A stretch of DNA of 64,000 nucleotides from positions 544,001-608,000 of the forward strand of contig CAVTBU010000007.1 of NCBI GenBank assembly GCA_963733035.1. Direction: 5' to 3'. Under the pieces are notes generated by a model. It was not told where the DNA came from. It saw only the letters and a program-made list of their open reading frames with translations, and searched no databases. This DNA is from Pirellulales bacterium. GTDB taxonomy: Bacteria; Planctomycetota; Planctomycetia; Pirellulales; PALSA-1355. Below are positions 44,051 through 52,683 of this stretch, in pieces (positions within the stretch are counted from its first letter, which is position 1; each line of letters opens with the position of its first letter). Both the position numbers and the translations under genes were made by a program.

Positions 44051-44886
44051 GATCCGGACAGTTAACCACCTCGGCAGCACTGTTCTGCGACCGCGCACAC
44101 AACGACGCGGTGCCGATGAAATGGTTCAAACGAGCTGTTGAAATCTTTCGTGAGCGCCAACTGTCGCCAATACTCTTCACCGCTGGTGGTGACAAGTTCC
44201 TGCTCGACGATTGTTATGTTCTGGGCCAACCGGGAGGTGATTTGGTGAAGTGGGGCGAATCCATTCCCGCATGTCGCAATCAATTGATCGACGAAATTAA
44301 ACGCGGTGCAATTCAGCATCTCACATTGGATTCACCCCGGTCCGACTCGACCTCCCGATCAGAATGGCACGCTTCAGTCGATCTATCGCCGACAACCGGG
44401 AAGTGTTTTCTGGGCATGGATCAGGAATTGGTCCCCGACTGTGCCGCACTCTTGCGTGATGCGTACAACATGGTCAGCGACTTATTCAATATCCACTATG
44501 GCTTTGCCTACACAATGCCGCTGGCAGATTTGCCGGACTGCTACGCTTCTGGCTCCGGTCGAACTACGCTCGACGACGTTCGTCTCTTTTTGCGCCGGCG
44601 GAGTAGCGGAGTCGAGCCAGCGAAAACGCCGGACGAACTTTGGCGCGACGAGATAATCGGGAGACGCCGGTACCTGACAGGTCTATTCCGCGCCGCATAT
44701 TCTACGAACCTCCTGTCGGACGCGCACCTGCAACGTGCCCACTTGCAAGACGCAGGGCTCGGCAAGCTTTCGCAAATTGGCCGAGCTCTCTGGCTGTGGG
44801 AGCTTGCCGACAGTGAAATTCCCACAGCGAATGAACTCTTGGCCGCCAACGGACTCCTGGTCAGCCAGGCCAATCCATCACGGTAG
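44047..44886 (+). CDS. Hypothetical protein, candidate cognate immunity protein
   Basis: ATGA overlap with the toxin stop, visibly lower GC, no signal peptide. Confidence 0.55.
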   Translation: MRSGQLTTSAALFCDRAHNDAVPMKWFKRAVEIFRERQLSPILFTAGGDKFLLDDCYVLGQPGGDLVKWGESIPACRNQLIDEIKRGAIQHLTLDSPRSDSTSRSEWHASVDLSPTTGKCFLGMDQELVPDCAALLRDAYNMVSDLFNIHYGFAYTMPLADLPDCYASGSGRTTLDDVRLFLRRRSSGVEPAKTPDELWRDEIIGRRRYLTGLFRAAYSTNLLSDAHLQRAHLQDAGLGKLSQIGRALWLWELADSEIPTANELLAANGLLVSQANPSR

Positions 44887-45204
44887 AAATTTAGTGGCAG
44901 GTGCGCTGACGCCCAACCTGTCTCGCGATTGTCCCGCGATATCACCTGCAAGAGATTGTCATTGTTCATTCAGTGCTAGCGATGGTGGTCCTCCGCATCA
45001 CCGACATGCACCTTGGCCCGCGGAAAATCGGAATTCGCCACCAGCTTGAGCGGTGATACGATCGAGGTCCGCAACAGCACGATCGTCTCGCTCGCCCCTG
45101 CTCAACTGGCCGTCGAGGAGTTTAGAACTGGCGAGGACCTGGTAAATTGTTTGGAGTGGGTCGAATTGTAGTGGATCGTGTCCGTTTCCAGTCCTCATCG
45201 ATCC

Positions 45205-45267
45205 ATCGATCCCTCGCAGAACCGGCCGCACGCCATAATGCTGAACGACGTCGATAAGGCGGATCAT
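45205..45267 (-). pseudogene. 5' remnant of an ABC transporter ATP-binding gene
   Basis: MIRLIDVVQHYGVRPVLRGID matches a typical ABC ATPase N-terminus, and similarity stops before Walker A. Confidence 0.55.
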
Positions 45268-45313
45268 ATGACGGTTCAATATACCGCAAATCGCCGGTCT
45301 GCATGAGCTGACT

Positions 45314-45343
45314 TTGACCTTGCCGCCGCCAGACGCTTATAGT
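45314..45343 (+). promoter_or_regulatory. Sigma-70-type promoter upstream of the R2lox gene
   Basis: TTGACC-N18-TATAGT. Confidence 0.5.
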
Positions 45344-45491
45344 GAGGCCGTCACGCGCAGGGCGACCACAACCAAACGCGTCGGTTTACGTGTCTTGCGA
45401 TGGCCCTCAATGTCAATGAAGCCCGCTCGGGCGCACTTCTGAAACGATCAGATGACTCGACGTCCTACTCACCTGGCGGAGGGATCGAATC

Positions 45492-46391
45492 ATGGCGACT
45501 CGCGACTCGTATCAAACGACTAGTGCTCGTGGTCTGGACCAGGCGTCAGTTCCCATGCGGTTGTGGCAGAAGGCCAAGCGGCTTGGCGTTTGGAACCCCA
45601 GCGACATCGACCTGGAGCAGGACCGCCACGACTGGCAGCAACTCGAACCCGACGAGCAAGACCTCCTGCTCCGCCTGACCGCTCAATTCCAGGCCGGCGA
45701 AGAGGCGGTCACGCTCGATCTGTTGCCGCTGGTGGCCACGATCGCGGCCGAGGGCCGGCTCGAGGAAGAGATTTACCTGACTTCGTTTCTTTGGGAAGAG
45801 GCCAAGCATGTCGAGGCCTTTCGCCGCTTCTTCGATGAAGTGGTCGGCACCCACGTCGACCTCGGCCATTTTCACGGGCCGAACTACCGACAGCTGTTTT
45901 ACGAGATCCTGCCCACGGCGCTCGGACGGCTCCGCGACGATGCTTCTCCGGTGGCCCTGGCCCGGGCGTCGGTCACCTACAACCTGATCGTCGAAGGGGT
46001 GATGGCCGAGACCGGCTACCATGCCTACTACCAGGTGCTTCGCACGCGCGGCATTCTGCCCGGCATGCAACAGACCATCGACTATCTGAAGCGCGACGAG
46101 TCGCGGCACCTGGCCTACGGCGTGTTTTTGCTGTCGCGGTTGGTTGCCGAGCACGGCGCCCCGGTGTGGGAAGCGATTGAAGACCAGATGCAATCGCTCA
46201 TGGAGCTTCCCCTGGGCATCATCCAGGAAGTGTTCGCCTTGTACGAAGTCCCGCCGTTCGGACTCCGCGAAGACGACTTTTTGGGCTTCGCCATGACCCA
46301 GTTCGGCAACCGCGTGGCCCGCATCGAGAAAGCCCGCCAGCAGAGCGTCGAAGAAATCTACCGTGGCGAGGACCTCGACGCGGAGGAATGA
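45492..46391 (+). CDS. R2-like ligand-binding oxidase (R2lox, Mn/Fe ferritin-like)
   Basis: KAKRLGVWNP, GEEAVTLDLLP, EEAKH, ASVTYNLIVEG, DESRH. No R1 gene nearby. Confidence 0.9.
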   Translation: MATRDSYQTTSARGLDQASVPMRLWQKAKRLGVWNPSDIDLEQDRHDWQQLEPDEQDLLLRLTAQFQAGEEAVTLDLLPLVATIAAEGRLEEEIYLTSFLWEEAKHVEAFRRFFDEVVGTHVDLGHFHGPNYRQLFYEILPTALGRLRDDASPVALARASVTYNLIVEGVMAETGYHAYYQVLRTRGILPGMQQTIDYLKRDESRHLAYGVFLLSRLVAEHGAPVWEAIEDQMQSLMELPLGIIQEVFALYEVPPFGLREDDFLGFAMTQFGNRVARIEKARQQSVEEIYRGEDLDAEE

Positions 46392-46425
46392 CAGGCACTC
46401 AGGCTAGTCACTCACGCTGGGAACC

Positions 46426-46839
46426 ATGAAGAAGAAATCTCGCAGCGACCGCCGGCCGACGACCATCGACGCCTACATCGCCACCTTCCCACCGCCGGTG
46501 CAACAGCTGCTCCAGCAGGTGCGCGCCACGATTGCCCAGGCGGCCCCTGCCGCCCAAGAGGCCATCTCGTACCAAATGCCCACGTTCAAGCTGCATGGCA
46601 ACCTGGTTCACTTTGCCGCCTATACCAAGCACATCGGCTTCTACCCCACCTCCACCGGCATCGCAAACTTCAAGCAGGATCTTGCCGCCTACAAGAGCTC
46701 GAAAGGCGCGGTCCAGTTCCCGTTGGATCGGCCGGTTCCCCACGCCCTGATCCGCAAGATCGTCAAATTCCGCGTCCAAGAAAACGAAGCGCGAGCCAAG
46801 GCCAAAGCCCGGCCCAAGGCCGAGAAAACCAAGCGCTAA
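46426..46839 (+). CDS. DUF1801 (YdhG-like) protein
   Basis: TIDAYIA, EAISYQMPTF, HIGFYP, KGAVQFP. Confidence 0.9.
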   Translation: MKKKSRSDRRPTTIDAYIATFPPPVQQLLQQVRATIAQAAPAAQEAISYQMPTFKLHGNLVHFAAYTKHIGFYPTSTGIANFKQDLAAYKSSKGAVQFPLDRPVPHALIRKIVKFRVQENEARAKAKARPKAEKTKR

Positions 46840-46969
46840 GCTTTCCCCCTCGCGCCTCCTCCTCCGCCAATTTCCCAGCAAAACTGCCCCCAAAAAACCT
46901 GGACTCCTGCCCCGGCCGGTAGTTATGCTGTAGACCATGTGATCCCTTTTAGGTGGGGAGGATCCTGGC

Positions 46970-47614
46970 ATGCGATGTTTCATCTCGACGCTCTGTTCGC
47001 TGGCTGCGGTGTTGGCCCTGGCCTCGACCGCCCGCGGCGGGCTGATCACCTATAGCGATCGCGGCGCCTTCCTTGCGGCACTTGCCGGTTCGCAGCAGTC
47101 CGAATCGTTCGAGGATGAGCCGATCGACGTGCAGGCCGGCTCGCGGACGATCGCCACCAGCACTTCGCAAATTGCCTTCAACGGTGACAGCGGAGCCTTC
47201 TTCGGCGTCAACGATCAGGTTGTGGGCGGCCGCGGCCCGACCGACGGCAGCCAGTACCTGCAAGTTGGGTTCATCGGCACTTCGAACGTTCACTTTCTGT
47301 TCGCCCAGCCGCTGTTGGCATTCGGCATCGACGTGGTCGACAAGAACGTCAACGATTTGGACGGCATCGTCGGCGATTTCACGCAGAACAGTTCGATCGA
47401 CCCCGGCGGCGAAGGCAACGTCCAGTTCTGGGGCGTCATCGCCACGCCCGACTTCGCCTTTACCGACGTCGGCTTTGCCGGCCTCGGGCCCAGCGTCCCC
47501 GGCGACACCTTTGCGCTGGACAACGTGGTGTTCGTTCAGGTGCCGGAGCCGGGCTCGGTGATCCTGGCCGGGCTGGCACTGCTCGCGGGCGTGCTCTTGG
47601 TCCGGCGCCGTTAG
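46970..47614 (+). CDS. PEP-CTERM sorting-domain protein
   Basis: Signal peptide; VPEPGSVILAGLALLAGVLLVRRR C-terminus. Confidence 0.9.
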   Translation: MRCFISTLCSLAAVLALASTARGGLITYSDRGAFLAALAGSQQSESFEDEPIDVQAGSRTIATSTSQIAFNGDSGAFFGVNDQVVGGRGPTDGSQYLQVGFIGTSNVHFLFAQPLLAFGIDVVDKNVNDLDGIVGDFTQNSSIDPGGEGNVQFWGVIATPDFAFTDVGFAGLGPSVPGDTFALDNVVFVQVPEPGSVILAGLALLAGVLLVRRR

Positions 47615-47720
47615 CGATCGGTTTACCGATGTGTGGCGGCGAGATGTTGCCATCCCCCCGCCACTCCCGCGAACGGATCATCCGCATGCGCTCCTTGAAC
47701 CGCGGCCGTCTTCGGTCGGG

Positions 47721-48454
47721 CTACGCCGACACTGCCGAAAGCTTGGGCGCCGGAACCTGGGGATGCTCGATCGTCCTCAGAAAGTCCAGCACCAGCTGCG
47801 CGCATTCGGCCTGAGAGAAATGCGCCGTGTTCAGTACGACGTCGTAGGCGGCCGGATCGGCGGAGTTCTTGTGGAAGTGCTCGGTCACGAAGCGAATTCG
47901 CTCGCGGTCGATCTTTTCCAACTCGCGGGCGGCGTGTCCGGTGTCGGAAATACCCATCTGCCTGCAAAACGTTGCCAGTCGTTGTTCGAGCGGCGCGACG
48001 AGCCGCACCTTGAGCGTGGTTTTCGGCGGCAAAATGTGGGCGCGCCGCGGCCGACGATGATGCAGTTGCCCAGCGCCGCCAGCTCCTCCATCGCCTCGCG
48101 CAGCCGCCGGACGAAGACGTGCTGATTCACCGAGTGCAGCAGCAAGAACGCTTCCAGCGATTCCTGGATCCAACTGACGTGCCGTTCGTCCAGCGATTCC
48201 AGGTCATGCACGTCCGACCCCAGCCGGGACGCCACCAGTTCCAACAGCTCGTGATCCCAAACGGGCCAGCCAAGCTGCTGGCCAATTGCGCGGGCGTAAT
48301 CCCCGGCGTCGATGCCTGCCTCGCGGCTGATGGCGACGGTGAACGTTCCCGAGGGGGCGGGATAGGGTCCCTGGCCGCGCACGCGCGCGTAGGCGGCAGC
48401 CTGCAAATAGTTCCACACCCCTTGTGCGGCGGCAATCGAATGTTCGTTGTGCAT
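47721..48454 (-). CDS. Cytidylate kinase-like family protein; frameshift near 48040
   Basis: VAISREAG, WDHELL, GNCIIVGRGA-(A)-HILP, DPAAYDVVLNT. Confidence 0.85.
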
Positions 48455-48617
48455 GGCGAGCTCTCCTAAACGCCTCCGGTTCCCAGTGCCGGCTAACCCA
48501 GGCCCACCCTCCGACCATCTACCCATGTACTCTAGTACTGTTTCGCCGCCAGTGCCAACATCGTGCGCGTGACGATTCCGTAAGCTAGCCGCAAGGCGTT
48601 GAGCCCCACCGAGCTGC

Positions 48618-48643
48618 GTGAGTCACCTGCCTGTGAGTCACCT
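48618..48643. repeat. Direct repeat GTGAGTCACCT x2 (possible operator)
   Basis: Copies at 48618-48628 and 48633-48643, each with the dyad GTGA-G-TCAC, in a divergent intergenic region. Confidence 0.5.
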
Positions 48644-48790
48644 TGGACGGGCGCTTCCGGGACGCAGTTCGTTGACGCGATTGTCCCCTCAGGCCATCAT
48701 TGGCAGTGATTCCTGGCAACCCTTCATGGTTTAGCTTGGTGCGGAGTCAGCTAATAGCAAACATCTGGAATTGGAAACAGGAGACGGCTC

Positions 48791-50622
48791 ATGAACAGGC
48801 ACGGTCTGCGACGACCGGTTCGGATTGCGATGGCCTGCGTACTGACCAGCAGTGCTTATGTCGCCACCGTCAATGCATCCGCACCGCAAACGGTTGTCGC
48901 CGTGACCGGCACGCAAGCGGTCGGACTCCCGCCGGGTATCATTTTCAATGTGTTCGACTCGCTGCCGCAGATCAATCAGTTGGGCGAAGTTTCCTTTGCC
49001 AGCAAGATCGATGGTGTGGGGCTGCTCGGGCCGTCACCGTATGGCTTATGGTCGGGCACACCCGATTCAATTTCCCTCATTGCTGCGACAGGTATTCCTG
49101 CGCCGGTACAACCGGTGACACCTATTTTTCGACGTTTTCAAACTTGGTCCTAAACGATTCTGGCGACACTTCGTTTACGGCAAGTCTGTTTGGAAATAGT
49201 GTCAGTCCTCCCGATGATGGCCTGGGCATCTGGGTCGGCTTACCCGGAGACGTGCAGTACGCTGCTCGCATCGGAGATCCCGCACCGGGTATCGCGGACG
49301 CCACGTTTCTCCCCTACCAATTGCATCCGGCTGCCCACGACAACCTGGGGCAACTCGCGTTTGCCGCGGGTATTTCGGGTCCCGGTATCGACAATTCGAA
49401 CAACTACGCCATCTGGACAGGCACGCCCGGAGATATAATGCCCGCGATCCGTACCGGTTCGCAGGCCGCCGGGATGCCAGCCGGTGTTTCCTACGGATAC
49501 CATTCGGGAGCCAATCCCATTTTCTTTGAACCATCGTTGGCCAGTAACGGCACGCTTGCCTTCAATGCCAGCGTGGATGGGCCGGGAATCACCAGTTCCA
49601 ACGACAGGGGCATCTGGGTCGGTCAGCCTGGTTCGCCATCGCTCGCCGCCCGCGAGGGCAATGCCGCGCCGGGTACGGCGGCAGGTGTGACCTTTGCAAC
49701 CTTGCCAAACATCGTCACGACCAACTCCGCCGGCCAGGTTGCCTTCGGCGCCACGCTGTCGGGCAGCGGCGTTACGAATTCAAACGACACCGGCGTCTGG
49801 CTCGGTTCGGCCGACAACTTGCAGCTCGTCGCGCGTGAAGACAGCGCCGCTCCGGGAACCGCGCCGGGCGTCAATTTCGCCGCCTTCGTGGGCATCGATA
49901 CGAGCAATTTCACGCCTGCACTTTCCGAGAACGGCGAGGTCGCGTTCGCCGCGGAGTTGAGGGGTCCCGGTATCACGAGCGGCAACGACTATGGTCTGTT
50001 TTGCGGAACGGCCGGCGATCTGCACCTCGTTTTTCAAGCTGGCCAGCAAGTACCCGGTGAGCCGGCGGGTACGCTCTTTTACGGCGTTCGTCCCGATACG
50101 GTATCGATCAACGGAAATGGAGACTTGGCCTTCCTGGAGTCCGTGCACGGTACGGAAACCTTTACCGGTATTTTCGCCACGAGTGGCGGCGTCCTGCACT
50201 TGCTCGTCAAGACGGGCGATCAAATCGACGTCGGCAACGGAGATCTCCGCACGATATCTGATTTGAGATTGTATGCCGGCGTCAGCAGCGGCCGCGGGTC
50301 CGGATGGAATGACGCCGGACAACTCGTCTACCGAGCCACCTTTACCGACCAATCGAGCGCCATCATTGTTACCGCCGTGCCAGAGCCGAGTTCAATGGCG
50401 CTCGCCCTGTTGGGCGGCGCGGTGTTCTATCTCGTACGGCGAAGACCGACAGTGATTTCGCCTGCAGCCAAGGCGCTGCTTTTGCGCTCTGCGCGCACCG
50501 TGCGTCTCTTCTATCTGCCTGGCGTACTCGGCCAAGGGCGGCAAGCCCAGTGCCGAGCCGCGGCCGTCGACGCCCGCCGAAGACCCTGTTCCATCGTTCA
50601 ACTGCAAAGGGCAATCCCATGA
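48791..50622 (+). CDS. PEP-CTERM protein with NxxGxxAF tandem repeats; frameshift near 49105
   Basis: Repeats INQLGEVSF, NDSGDTSF, NLGQLAF, NSAGQVAF, ENGEVAF, NGNGDLAF; VPEPSSMALALLGG...RRR. Confidence 0.88.
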
Positions 50623-51051
50623 GACGCCTCGTTGTGCTGGCTTTCGTCAGTCTATCGATTGCGGCCGCTCGCTCGCTGGCCTACGACGCGTTCGTCGGAG
50701 AGTGGGTCGCCGTCGAAGAGCATCCCACCGACCTTGCCAGGATCAAGATCTGGAAATCGGACGACGTCTGGATGATCGAGGTCTGGGGCGCCGCCCGCGG
50801 TGGCGAGATCAGCGCGGGCAAGGTTCCATTAATCCTTCTGGCAGACACTGCCCGCGCCGGCTCGGAATTGAAATACGGCTACGCGTCGTGGGACCTCAAG
50901 TTCGCCGACTTGTACGTGACGCTCGACCTGGAAAGACCGTGGCACATCACCGCCGAAGACTTCTGGATCTTCAAAGACGGCTCCGAGCGCCTCCAACTAT
51001 CGAAAACGCATCGACTTCAAGCGAAAGCCGGAAGCGAAACCGCTCGATTGA
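50619..51051 (+). CDS. Secreted hypothetical protein; probable 1-nt insertion near 50990
   Basis: Signal peptide MRRLVVLAFVSLSIAAA. Removing one C gives FKDGSERSNYRKRIDFKRK and a stop at 51051; the uncorrected frame ends at 51176. Confidence 0.55.
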
Positions 51052-51297
51052 ACGCTTGCCGACGACCCGCCTGTATGCAGCCCAGAAGAAGAAACGGCAC
51101 GGCCGCACTTGCTGATGAATTTTGCGGCCGGCGTGCGGCTGGCACCAACAACTTGTCAGTGTTGCGAAGCAATTGAAGGCATTTACAGAGCGATCTCGTC
51201 GCAAGCGAGCAAAACGGCGAGCCTAAAACCTCCTGTGCGTGCGGCACCCGAAAAGGCGAGTTGTCCGGGCCACCCGCTGGGCTGTATGGTGACGCGA

Positions 51298-51894
51298 ATG
51301 ACAACCGCCAGCCGCGTGGACACGATCGAGAAATGGTTTAATCGCCGAAGCGACGACGGAGACTTCGTATGCAGCAAGAAGCCGGGAATCTTCTCGATTA
51401 TCGCGCCGCCGGGTGAGCAAGCACCGGTCCTGTTTGTTACGAAGCCGTCCACTGTGGCCACCGCGATTCTTGAATCGGGCGCGTCGGTTGGGATGATCGG
51501 CCGCGAGGGGTTGCCGATTGGCTCCGATGCCCAATGGATTCGTCGAGCGGTCGGGAAAGCAACGTTGCTGTTCCTGGGCGACATGGACCCGGCGGATTTG
51601 ATGATCTTCGCCTGGCTACGAGCGCGCATGCATCCGAAAAAGATCACTCATCGCGGAATCAACGACGCATTCTTGCACGACGTAGACGTCTTCTTGCCTG
51701 AGTCGTTCATCATGAAGTGTTCACCATCGGAGCAAAAAGCGCTGCCCATCTTGAACAGCGTGTTTCCGGACTATGCTGCGGTCGTGGGGCCAAATTGTGC
51801 CGACCTACTGGCGAATGCCAGAAAGATCGAACTTGAGGCCATCATTAGCGCCAAAGGATCAGTCGAGCCGATTGTTGCTGCCGCGATCCGTTGA
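51298..51894 (+). CDS. Stand-alone Toprim-like protein (Topo VI-A / JetD C-terminal-like)
   Basis: LLFLGDMDPADLMIF (DxD motif) and C-terminal KIELEA. Confidence 0.6.
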   Translation: MTTASRVDTIEKWFNRRSDDGDFVCSKKPGIFSIIAPPGEQAPVLFVTKPSTVATAILESGASVGMIGREGLPIGSDAQWIRRAVGKATLLFLGDMDPADLMIFAWLRARMHPKKITHRGINDAFLHDVDVFLPESFIMKCSPSEQKALPILNSVFPDYAAVVGPNCADLLANARKIELEAIISAKGSVEPIVAAAIR

Positions 51895-52035
51895 GTAATT
51901 AAAGACCAATGAGGCAGGTTGATCGTTCAAAACCCCTCCTGTGCGTTCGGTGGCCCGGCGTCCGTCGGTTTGAGCGCGGGAGACCGTGCAGACCAACTGC
52001 ACGGGCAGCACGAGCGATAGAATTCGCGTGATGGG

Positions 52036-52332
52036 CTAATCTTGTGGTATCTCAGGGTTCGGCGGCGGTTGGTACGTGTTCTCAGGTTCATCCCAGGAGT
52101 CGGCGTCGATTAGCCGAATCGTGATTTCGTCACCAATAGCTAATTCTGGCGTCGACCACGTAAAATGCGTGCGCGAGTCGCCCGTGACGATCCCACCGAC
52201 ATTAAAGTCGAGCCGCTCGGGCCTGTTGTTCTTGCATCACACCCAGCTCACTGAAGTTGAGAGGACATCGCTCATTCCTGTACCGGCGATGCACAGCCTC
52301 TTTCCGTTAACGGATATTTCAAACGCGAGCAT
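52036..52332 (-). pseudogene. Small hypothetical gene with an in-frame TGA at 52237-52239
   Basis: MLAFEISVNGKRLCIAG...SWV*CKNN...LAIGDEITIRLIDADSWDEP is one continuous 99-codon frame. Confidence 0.6.
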
Positions 52333-52683
52333 TTTGGTCCGTCCTGTTCGTTGCTGCCCCGCATTCTGAGGCTTCTGCGCAAATCCAATCAAGATCGAGT
52401 TTCGCATTCGGCGCTAAACCCGGATCGTTGGAACCACATTATCCCCTGCGAAACGAAGGCGATTGAAATCGGGCCGGCAGTTCGGCTAGCTTAGGGTCGA
52501 GACATTCCGAACTCGATCCGTGGAGGTTTTTGCGATGGTCAAACGGGGGCAAATGCGTGATTTAGGAATCGGAATTGTTCGGTTTTTCGGCCTCCCTTAG
52601 GAATGAAAAGAAACACAAAACGCGCAGCTCGAAAACCGAGCCACTCGAAAACTTTCGGAATTCCGAAGCGGGCCACGGGCCGC

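Noticed and set aside
45396..45470. Fluoride riboswitch (GCGATGG...GATGACTC)
   Set aside because: The required pseudoknot pairing is absent and the downstream gene is not a typical target.
52654..52667. Perfect palindrome TTCGGAATTCCGAA
   Set aside because: Isolated, just downstream of actP, with no supporting context for a function.
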